A stretch of 64,000 nt of DNA, taken from assembly GCA_934130105.1 (NCBI GenBank), contig CAKOXL010000002.1:7232-71231 (forward strand), given 5' to 3'. A program made the translations under genes and the position numbers. Source of the DNA: an uncultured Bacilli bacterium (GTDB lineage: Bacteria > Bacillota_I > Bacilli_A > RF39 > UBA660). Under the pieces are notes generated by a model. That model was not told where the DNA came from and searched no databases. It saw nothing but the letters and a program-made list of their open reading frames with translations. The number at the start of each line of letters is the position of its first letter. Position 1 is the stretch's first letter. Below, one piece after another: positions 19,772 through 26,899 of the stretch.

Positions 19772-20316
19772 TGTGGCATCACCATCCCAAACGTTGTACT
19801 AGTTCCACCATTTAAGAAATTATCTAAAATAATTCTTAAATCTTCATTACTAGTCTGGCTTGCTATTAAACCAGCCGTTGAAAGTCCACTAATCATAGAA
19901 CGAACTCTCTTTTGAAGTAACTCTACATTCTTCTCTTTAAAAAGAAGATAATATTCTGTATCAACTACATTATTACTTTTAAAGTAATTACCTTTTTGAA
20001 TATCTTGACTAATTAATTTACGAATTTGTTGGTTTTGTTGATTTTGATATTGTAACTGAAGCTGTGATAAATATATTGAAATATCAACAGGTTTATCAGC
20101 AACAACCAACCAAAATTCATAGTCAATTGTATTATAAAAGTTTTTAAGAGCAATAAGCACACTATTCTGAGAATCCTCATCAAGAATAAAAATGTTACGT
20201 GGCGTTATTTTAACACCAGACACTTTATCTTGATTAGGTAAAATAATCATACCATTAGTAATTGACTGAATATTAATCCAGTCTTCAGTCCATTTACTTT
20301 GAGCTTCCTTCATCAA
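19768..20316 (-). CDS. VirB4 N-terminal-domain-like protein (separate 182-aa ORF)
   Basis: The pattern WINIQSITNGMIILPN..VSGVKITPRNIFILDEDSQNSVLIALKNFYNTIDYEFWLVV matches my recollection of the N-terminal region of Tn916 Orf16/TcpF-type VirB4 proteins. ATGA coupling to the ATPase ORF. Confidence 0.55.
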   Translation of the reverse strand: MMKEAQSKWTEDWINIQSITNGMIILPNQDKVSGVKITPRNIFILDEDSQNSVLIALKNFYNTIDYEFWLVVADKPVDISIYLSQLQLQYQNQQNQQIRKLISQDIQKGNYFKSNNVVDTEYYLLFKEKNVELLQKRVRSMISGLSTAGLIASQTSNEDLRIILDNFLNGGTSTTFGMVMPQ

Positions 20317-20611
20317 AGAAACACCAACCCTTCCATATATAACGATTCCTTTGTGTTAAATATTTATATATTTCAATTATTAATTGCCTAACGTTATGGT
20401 AATAGGCAACTGGTAATACGAGAAGACCAGTAATAATACCAGGAGATATCGCAAGTATTGCTACCCAAAGTATATCCATAGGTAAAAACATAACAAGTAG
20501 TAATGTTGTTAACAAACCACTACCAAATATAATTAAATCTATTGGCATAAATAATCCCAGTATTAACTGTCCTCTTTTCGTATTTGCCGGAATCAAATAA
20601 TTTCCATTCAC
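20294..20611 (-). CDS. VirB3/PrgI-like small T4SS membrane protein
   Basis: 105 aa with two TM helices following NTKRGQLILGL. Lies immediately upstream of VirB4 and overlaps the next ORF by 23 nt. Confidence 0.6.
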   Translation of the reverse strand: MNGNYLIPANTKRGQLILGLFMPIDLIIFGSGLLTTLLLVMFLPMDILWVAILAISPGIITGLLVLPVAYYHNVRQLIIEIYKYLTQRNRYIWKGWCFFDEGSSK

Positions 20612-20631
20612 TATCTATCACACTTTCCTTT

Positions 20632-22644
20632 CTATTTTTTTGTAGCTTCTGCATTGGCTTTTGCTGCTTTATAACCAGGATCAGTAACAACACCTGTAAC
20701 GTGTTTGTTAGTTTCACCAAGTGCTTGCTTGATACCAATAGTATCACCTTTAGAAGCATCAGCGCCTTTAATACCATAAGTAGAAAAATCAACTTTAAGA
20801 TTAACATCTTTAGCCGCATCAGAGGCAAGTCTATAATCATTATACTCTGTACCAAAATCATTAAATACGTCATTATTTGTAGGATCTTGTTCATGTCTCT
20901 GAACAGCTGCTACTAAACGTTTACCATGTGCCTGTGTTTGCATATCTTTAATTTTATCTAAAGATAATTGAGCATCTTGCCAAGTGGCAACAGTTTTATA
21001 CTTTGGACGACTAACATATGAATGTGAATCACTATCCCATACATTTTCAGTACCATCTTGCACTTGTTTTGACCAACCATGATCAATAAACCATTGTAAA
21101 CTTTGAGTATTACCTGCTTTAGCACCTTCAGTATGTGACATGAATTCTAGATAATTAATTCCCTTATGCTGAGCATCTAAATCAATTTTTAAATCAGTTT
21201 TTTCAAGTGCTTTTTTCTCTAAAGTGTTCTTATATGCCAAAATAGCCTTATTAGCTGATTCGTAACCAGTCTTTTCTTTAGTCATTCTATCATAATCACT
21301 TTCACCAGAAAATAAAGTCTGTGCCCTAGTGCTTAATCTACCACCAAATGTAGAACCAGAACTAATCCTAGATAAAGCTGTTGCATTATTTTTAGCTTGC
21401 GCATCAATTCCAGTTAATAAAGTAGGCTTATCAGTAGATAATAAAGCGTTACCGCCAGCACCAATAGCGCCTAAACCACTAAATAATGATTTACCAAAAT
21501 TTGTAAAGGCTCTTATTGGAGAAAGACCATTTTTTCTATTTTCTCTATCATACTCATTTCTAGCACGAAGCATAGAGCGTGTAGCACCAATTCCACCAAC
21601 GGCAGTAGCACCCATTCCTAACATTCTAACAAAGTTACCTTTATCTTTAATACCAAGTGCATCAAAAATAAATTTAGGAGCGCTTTTACCAAAAAAGAAT
21701 AAGCCAACCATTAAGAAAGACAATAACATCGTACCATCCCAAACTGCCAATGCACCACCACTCGTACTAGAAAAGAATCCTCTCCAAGCATCTTTAGTTA
21801 CCATAAAATCTACTATATAAACAATAAAGTATAATATTCCAAGATTAATGAATAATTCTCCCCACGTCATCATAAATGTTTTGATCCAATGAGAAAAGGC
21901 ACCATCCTTACTTGATTTAGGATCAATATAACTAATAACTGGAATAGGTGCCATCATTCTAAGAATTATCAATTTAATAGCACGAATAGCTACTTGTATA
22001 GCCATTGAAAATAAACAATAACACATTGCAACACCAACTATCGTCGATATAACAGGCAAATAATCATAGCGATATGTTTTACTTTCACTACTACTGCAAA
22101 TATCATTAATACTAGCTGTTAGCTCCTCTAAATCCTCAATTTCTCCACCTTCACAATCTTTATGTTTGTGAACAAATGCCTGCACCATAGTAACAGCCAT
22201 ATTCTTAGATACAGTAGAAACATCATCACTCTTCATTGGATTAGCTGTTCCAACAATGATTCTAGGAATAACTGGAAGTAATTTATTTTGAAATTCTGTC
22301 ATAAAGCTAAAGAAGGTTGGTAGCATAATAAGCATTAAAAGTACTGTTATTATTCTTGTAACAACCTTTGACACTCCTTGTTCCTTATCATTTATTTTAT
22401 CTGGATTAACTAAATATGTGATAAGAGAAATAGTAATTTTAAATAACATAAATATTCCCAAAATAACATATACTCTTTTTTCAATACTCTCATAAAAGCC
22501 AGTTAGTTCAAAATTAGCAAGTTGAAAAATTATTCTTAAAATTATAGATGCAACAGAATAAACACAATAATCAAAAAAGGCAAAAACTATCCTTAAAAGG
22601 CCCAAAAATACATTCTTTGTGGTCATAATTAAAATTAAATTCAT
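20632..22644 (-). CDS. VirB6/TrbL-like polytopic T4SS channel protein with ~270-aa hydrophilic C-terminal extension
   Basis: At least 7 hydrophobic helices in the first ~400 aa. Positioned between the VirB2-like and VirB3-like genes. The C-terminal third is soluble and rich in K, D, A and T. Confidence 0.65.
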   Translation of the reverse strand: MNLILIMTTKNVFLGLLRIVFAFFDYCVYSVASIILRIIFQLANFELTGFYESIEKRVYVILGIFMLFKITISLITYLVNPDKINDKEQGVSKVVTRIITVLLMLIMLPTFFSFMTEFQNKLLPVIPRIIVGTANPMKSDDVSTVSKNMAVTMVQAFVHKHKDCEGGEIEDLEELTASINDICSSSESKTYRYDYLPVISTIVGVAMCYCLFSMAIQVAIRAIKLIILRMMAPIPVISYIDPKSSKDGAFSHWIKTFMMTWGELFINLGILYFIVYIVDFMVTKDAWRGFFSSTSGGALAVWDGTMLLSFLMVGLFFFGKSAPKFIFDALGIKDKGNFVRMLGMGATAVGGIGATRSMLRARNEYDRENRKNGLSPIRAFTNFGKSLFSGLGAIGAGGNALLSTDKPTLLTGIDAQAKNNATALSRISSGSTFGGRLSTRAQTLFSGESDYDRMTKEKTGYESANKAILAYKNTLEKKALEKTDLKIDLDAQHKGINYLEFMSHTEGAKAGNTQSLQWFIDHGWSKQVQDGTENVWDSDSHSYVSRPKYKTVATWQDAQLSLDKIKDMQTQAHGKRLVAAVQRHEQDPTNNDVFNDFGTEYNDYRLASDAAKDVNLKVDFSTYGIKGADASKGDTIGIKQALGETNKHVTGVVTDPGYKAAKANAEATKK

Positions 22645-22648
22645 ACCA

Positions 22649-23809
22649 TCACTCCCCTATTCCACAAGTTGAAGTAGCAGCTCCCGTTAAATCATTAAAT
22701 ATATCTAAAAGGAAGCTTAAAATAATAGGAATAAAAAATAATGCAACGGCGATGATTAAACGTTTAACAAATTTACTGCTTGCCTTCTTTAAGGCATCCT
22801 TATCATCCTGTAGTATAGCACCAGCGAAATCAACACTACCCATAATAATAACGAAAATAGGTGCTATTATTTGAATCCAACGGAAAACCTTATTAATAAA
22901 ATCAATTAAATCATCACCTAAAATACCTTCACAATTAACTTTAGTTTGATCTCCCCAATCAACAGAATCATTTTTTTTATGATCATTACTAGTTGCATCT
23001 TTAGTAGAAATATTATAATAACCATCTTCCTGATAAGAAACTACGTATTTTGATTTATCTGGACAAGTACCAGTTCTAAATATAGATGAAGTACCAGAAT
23101 TTCTTATTTCAAACTCATTAATATAAGCTCGGCAGACACCAATTAAATCTGTTTTAAAATTAATATCAACAAGTTTATTGTCTGTTGTATATAGTTGACA
23201 TCCATTGGTTAATGTAGTACATGGATCTTGATTTGAAATTGAATCAGTATTTTTATTTATCTCATTATAATTTTGAAAGCTATTACCATCTGCACTTACA
23301 GTAATAACAGGTGAAACTTTAACATAATTTTTGCCAGTTGGTTCATTTTCAGAAATAGTTACATACTTGTAAAAATCCATTGTTGATATTCTTTGAGAAT
23401 TGTCTACAATAAGATATATCGTTTTACATTGACTATAGCTTCTAGAACCATCAAAGTACTTATATATTTGACTATCCATTGGAAGATAATTTTCAGAACT
23501 ATATGAATCACCATCACTTGTTTTAAAATTCCAGCTAAATTTATAGGCTGATTGATCAGTACTATCCTTCCAATTTTTTTCATTATCCTTATATGAACTC
23601 TTACCCACACTAAAAACTAAATTATAAGTAATATTATCAAAATCTTCACCATCAGCATTAAATTTGCCACCAGTAAGTTCAGCATCAACATTCCAAGTAC
23701 ACTTTGTAAAATTAATCTCGCTTTCAGTAATAGCATCAACATTAACATTAATAAAATTAATTATTAAAAAGCTGATAATTGTAAATAAAATTTTATTTCT
23801 AGCTTTCAT
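22649..23809 (-). CDS. secreted ectodomain fused to a VirB2-like two-helix membrane hairpin (paralogue 3)
   Basis: Signal peptide MKARNKILFTIISFLIINFINVNVDA, a ~290-aa Cys-containing domain, then the C-terminal module IQIIAPIFVIIMGSVDFAGAILQDDKDALKKASSKFVKRLIIAVALFFIPIILSFLL. Confidence 0.65.
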   Translation of the reverse strand: MKARNKILFTIISFLIINFINVNVDAITESEINFTKCTWNVDAELTGGKFNADGEDFDNITYNLVFSVGKSSYKDNEKNWKDSTDQSAYKFSWNFKTSDGDSYSSENYLPMDSQIYKYFDGSRSYSQCKTIYLIVDNSQRISTMDFYKYVTISENEPTGKNYVKVSPVITVSADGNSFQNYNEINKNTDSISNQDPCTTLTNGCQLYTTDNKLVDINFKTDLIGVCRAYINEFEIRNSGTSSIFRTGTCPDKSKYVVSYQEDGYYNISTKDATSNDHKKNDSVDWGDQTKVNCEGILGDDLIDFINKVFRWIQIIAPIFVIIMGSVDFAGAILQDDKDALKKASSKFVKRLIIAVALFFIPIILSFLLDIFNDLTGAATSTCGIGE

Positions 23810-23821
23810 TATTACTCACCC

Positions 23822-24565
23822 CTACTCTATATTAAGCCAACAATTCTTCCAATCATCTCTATTACCAACATCTGTTTTAGCAACCATACCAATTACTATT
23901 GAAACAATCGTTGTTATAAAGAATACAAAAATAGCTGATAAGATTCTTTTTACAAATTTTGAAACACTATCTTTACCACTTTTATCATCACCAGACATCA
24001 TAGCTTTAATAAGATCAATAGTACCCATTAATATTAATAAAATTGGCACAAAAATTTGAATTGTATTAAAAACTACTCTCTTTAAAAATATTATTGCTGG
24101 CTTTAATGCTGTAGGGCATCCATATTCATCATTGTCATCTTTATCAGCACTAGAATTGCCACAAGAAGGATTAGTTATTTTACAATCACCAGAACAAAAC
24201 TGTTCATAATTTTCGTCTGTTTTGTTACAATAACTATTAATAATAGAATTAGTAATATCGGTATTTGATTGAACTGCTTTTATAATACCAGAATTAGTTT
24301 CATAAAAAATATCTTCACAATTTGATGTAGGCATAACACTGCCAAGAGGAAGTTCTCTTGTTGGAACAGTAACACTAACATCATATAAATCTGGAAGAGA
24401 TATTTCCCAATTAAAGGTATCCTTTTTTGTAAGTGTTATTTTAGCCCCAGTCATTTGTCCAACATATGAGCAACTAAAACTATCGGCATAGACACTATCA
24501 CTAAACACAACGATACTTAATATCATAACTATTAATAAACTTATTTTCTTTAATGTTATTTTCAT
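23822..24565 (-). CDS. secreted ectodomain fused to a VirB2-like two-helix membrane hairpin (paralogue 2)
   Basis: I prefer the ATG at 24565 (GGAG 8 nt upstream), giving signal peptide MKITLKKISLLIVMILSIVVFSDSVYA. C-terminal module IQIFVPILLILMGTIDLIKAMMSGDDKSGKDSVSKFVKRILSAIFVFFITTIVSIVIGMV. Confidence 0.65.
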   Translation of the reverse strand: MKITLKKISLLIVMILSIVVFSDSVYADSFSCSYVGQMTGAKITLTKKDTFNWEISLPDLYDVSVTVPTRELPLGSVMPTSNCEDIFYETNSGIIKAVQSNTDITNSIINSYCNKTDENYEQFCSGDCKITNPSCGNSSADKDDNDEYGCPTALKPAIIFLKRVVFNTIQIFVPILLILMGTIDLIKAMMSGDDKSGKDSVSKFVKRILSAIFVFFITTIVSIVIGMVAKTDVGNRDDWKNCWLNIE

Positions 24566-24608
24566 AATCAACACTCCTTGAAGTAAAATAATCCAAAATA
24601 ATTATAAC

Positions 24609-24648
24609 ATAAAAAAAATAATAGCAAAACATATAATTTGCTATTATT
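24609..24648 (-). terminator. strong rho-independent terminator directly after the short VirB2-like gene
   Basis: Perfect 12-bp stem AATAATAGCAAA (24617-24628) / TTTGCTATTATT (24637-24648), followed on the minus strand by TTTTTTTT. Confidence 0.8.
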
Positions 24649-24667
24649 TAAATTTTTATGAATTATA

Positions 24668-25015
24668 CTAGTTACCAGCAGCGTCCCAGCAAGCACCCCA
24701 ACCAGTAGTATCACCAGTGCCACCATGTTCATCACCACTAACATTAGCAAATAAATTCATAACTAATGTTACGATAGTTACTACAAAGAAAATAGCTACG
24801 GCGTAAATTACACGTTTAATTAATTTACTAGTTGCACCTTTAATTTCTTTATCGTCACTTGACATAACAGCTTTACCTAAATCAATTGAACCCATTAATA
24901 TTAAAACAATAGGGATACCAATTTGAATTAAAGGAAAAACACCTTTTCTAATAAATTGAACTATTGGTAATAAACCATTACAAGCATCAGCCATTATTTG
25001 TGTTAAATTAGACAT
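24668..25015 (-). CDS. VirB2/TrbC-like pilin-type protein (115 aa, paralogue 1, candidate major subunit)
   Basis: Hairpin IQIGIPIVLILMGSIDLGKAVMSSDDKEIKGATSKLIKRVIYAVAIFFVVTIVTLVMNLF. The AAGGAGGA SD abuts the ORF-track ATG at 25021, so the ATG at 25015 (6-nt spacing, MSNLTQ) is the likely start. Confidence 0.65.
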   Translation of the reverse strand: MSNLTQIMADACNGLLPIVQFIRKGVFPLIQIGIPIVLILMGSIDLGKAVMSSDDKEIKGATSKLIKRVIYAVAIFFVVTIVTLVMNLFANVSGDEHGGTGDTTGWGACWDAAGN

Positions 25016-25039
25016 AAACATCCTCCTTCGTATGTACTT

Positions 25040-25068
25040 ATAATATAATAAGTTCTACATTTAGTCAA
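25040..25068 (-). promoter_or_regulatory. sigma-A-type promoter for the short VirB2-like gene
   Basis: -35 TTGACT (25068-25063), 17-nt spacer, -10 TATTAT (25045-25040). Confidence 0.65.
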
Positions 25069-25140
25069 TATAGAAAAAATATGTTTACAAAAATTGACAT
25101 AATAATAAAATTAATAAGTAAATAAGCACTTCCATTATAA

Positions 25141-25176
25141 ATAAAAAACAAAGAAAATTAATTTTATTCTTTGTTT
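25141..25176 (-). terminator. rho-independent terminator ending the Tad-like transcription unit
   Basis: AAACAAAGAA (25146-25155) / TTCTTTGTTT (25167-25176) 10-bp stem overlapping the stop codon, followed on the minus strand by TTTATTTAT. Confidence 0.7.
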
Positions 25177-26137
25177 AATAATTATTTATACCAAGTTTAC
25201 TAAGTAGGTTTGATAATACATCGGTATTATTAAGTCTCTCATCAAGTGGTGGTAATACAAAGAAAGTTTTAATACCAGCTTCATATTCAAATTCTTTAAC
25301 ATCACTTTCTGGTAAAATACTTTGTGCCACAACTATTTTTCTACCAGCAAGTTTCTCAAATATCTTACGATCCCTCAACATTAACTTATTTAATTTTATA
25401 GTAGATGGTTCTATTAAATAAAGTACATCATTACATACTTCCTCATTACCACTACTATTTAAATCAACTAAAATAACACTAAAAGCCTTCCTTTTTAATA
25501 ACTCACTAGCTAAGTTATCTTTAGTAACAGATATCATATCTTGATCGTGAAAGTATGAAAAATCTCTTTTATCAACTTCAATTGCCAAAACAGATTTACC
25601 CATATTTTTTATTTCACGTTTCAACATATAAGTTAACATAGTAGCGCCAGAATGTTCAGTAACATTTTTAATACCCAAAATATAAGTTCCAGCCTGAACT
25701 ACTTGTTGAACTCCACCATCACTAATAACTACACCACCACTATCTGATGAGCCACCATCTATTTGATGTAAATGAGCAACATCACGGTAAGTATTAGGAT
25801 TATTAAGTAAATAATTTACACCATCCAAGTTAGTAGTAAAGTTATAAATTCCCATTGAAATTAATTTTGATAAAAAGCTAGGTGCTAAACATTCAGGTGT
25901 ATCCGGTAATAAAACAATAATCTTTTCAATATCAAGTGACATTGCAAATTTTTGTAAATTACGAACGTCTTTATAATTTTTTATGGCCGTTAAATCAAGA
26001 ATCATTCTGCCAAAAAAGAAATTAGAAAACATTTCAATTAATTCATCAGCATCAAATACACCATGTACAGATTTTATTATTTCAATATCCAAATTAGAAA
26101 GTTCTGCTTGTCTTTCATTTGATATAATTACATTCAT
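25175..26137 (-). CDS. TadZ/CpaE-like protein: receiver-like N-domain plus ParA/MinD-like domain with degenerate P-loop
   Basis: The N-terminal ~125 aa have an alternating beta/alpha pattern (ILDLTAIKNY, IIVLLPD, GIYNF). In the C-domain, GIKNVTEHSGATMLTYML ... KSVLAIEVD aligns to the KGGxGKT region of MinD/CpaE but lacks the GKT lysine. Location within the Tad-like cluster. Confidence 0.5.
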   Translation of the reverse strand: MNVIISNERQAELSNLDIEIIKSVHGVFDADELIEMFSNFFFGRMILDLTAIKNYKDVRNLQKFAMSLDIEKIIVLLPDTPECLAPSFLSKLISMGIYNFTTNLDGVNYLLNNPNTYRDVAHLHQIDGGSSDSGGVVISDGGVQQVVQAGTYILGIKNVTEHSGATMLTYMLKREIKNMGKSVLAIEVDKRDFSYFHDQDMISVTKDNLASELLKRKAFSVILVDLNSSGNEEVCNDVLYLIEPSTIKLNKLMLRDRKIFEKLAGRKIVVAQSILPESDVKEFEYEAGIKTFFVLPPLDERLNNTDVLSNLLSKLGINNY

Positions 26138-26151
26138 TTAATCACCAGCCT

Positions 26152-26646
26152 TTACTCACAAGTAGGTAAACCAGAATTAGCACCAGATGAGTATATTAAT
26201 GCTGTTTCACCTTTTGTAGTAAATACATTATTCATAGCTGCTATTTCTGGAAATATCTTATTAAAAATAGGAATATCAATATCTACAAATGTTAAAACAG
26301 TATAATACGCACCTTTATATAAAGAATTATCACTTGATGTACCTGCAATATCTACTTTTTCATATTTATAGCAAAATAATCCATTATTAAGAGGAGCTTC
26401 TGTATAGCCATCTGGACAAGTCCTCTCACCTTTTTGAACGCCATAATTAGTTCTTAAAAATAAATCATCAATTTGCGTAACAGCACTGCAAGTTAATCCT
26501 TCATTCTTTTCGATAATACTCCTAATTTCATTCTTAACGCGAAAGGCTTTAGTGTAATTAACACTAAAAGCCAAATAGCAATTAACAATAATTAAAAATA
26601 TTAAAATCATTTGCATGCTTAACGCACCACCTATAGCGTCTCTCAC
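26152..26646 (-). CDS. TadE/pseudopilin-like protein with Cys-bracketed ectodomain
   Basis: GTG start with a GGTGA SD. The leader MRDAIGG is followed by a hydrophobic helix (ALSMQMILIFLIIVNCYLAF). The leader resembles that of the adjacent small pilin ORF (M-[KR]-[DE]-A-x-G). Confidence 0.5.
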   Translation of the reverse strand: MRDAIGGALSMQMILIFLIIVNCYLAFSVNYTKAFRVKNEIRSIIEKNEGLTCSAVTQIDDLFLRTNYGVQKGERTCPDGYTEAPLNNGLFCYKYEKVDIAGTSSDNSLYKGAYYTVLTFVDIDIPIFNKIFPEIAAMNNVFTTKGETALIYSSGANSGLPTCE

Positions 26647-26666
26647 ACTATCACCACTTTTCTATA

Positions 26667-26840
26667 TTAACCTTGTGCACAAGCATCAGGATTTTCTTTA
26701 CAATCAGTACCAATATTATTCCATTGACCAGTAATTGTATTTTTTATTTGTGGCCACATAAACCAGAAAAATGCAATAATTGCTCCAATTGCGATAATTG
26801 TAACAACAGTCATATTTAATTCACCGGTTGCCTCTTTCAT
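26667..26840 (-). CDS. Flp-sized pilin candidate, 57 aa (not in the ORF track)
   Basis: Codon-by-codon translation gives MKEATGELNMTVVTIIAIGAIIAFFWFMWPQIKNTITGQWNNIGTDCKENPDACAQG. AAGGAGGG SD lies 6 nt upstream, with TGGTATAAT further upstream. Short charged leader ending in Gly, one hydrophobic helix, short tail with a Cys-x6-Cys loop. Confidence 0.6.
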   Translation of the reverse strand: MKEATGELNMTVVTIIAIGAIIAFFWFMWPQIKNTITGQWNNIGTDCKENPDACAQG

Positions 26841-26870
26841 TTACATTCCCTCCTTATTTTATACATTCTT

Positions 26871-26899
26871 ATTATACCATAAATTTTAATCATTACTAT
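26871..26899 (-). promoter_or_regulatory. extended -10 promoter in front of the small pilin ORF
   Basis: TGGTATAAT (26879-26871). No good -35 (ATAGTA). Confidence 0.5.

Noticed and set aside
20520-20916. Two overlapping ORFs (124 aa minus, 110 aa plus) across the VirB3-like/VirB6-like junction
   Set aside because: Their sequences are low-complexity I/L/K/F-rich, they lie in alternative frames of well-supported genes, and they have no SD. These are typical AT-rich frame artefacts.
21329-21820. 163-aa plus-strand ORF antisense to the VirB6-like gene
   Set aside because: It is the mirror frame of a strongly supported polytopic protein gene. Its proline/alanine-rich translation reflects the antisense of Gly/Ala codons. 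No start signals were seen.
23404-24750. ORFs 23404..23610 (-), 23664..24059 (+) and 24568..24750 (-)
   Set aside because: These are alternative frames of the VirB2-like fusion genes. 24568..24750 spans the strong terminator hairpin, so it cannot be a translated unit.
12214-25021. Mollicute-type ICE using genetic code 4
   Set aside because: TGA clearly terminates well-supported genes (for example at 19768, 52306 and 62471). All long genes are intact under code 11. Wall, lipoprotein and sortase genes are present, and no DDE transposase-like gene is nearby.
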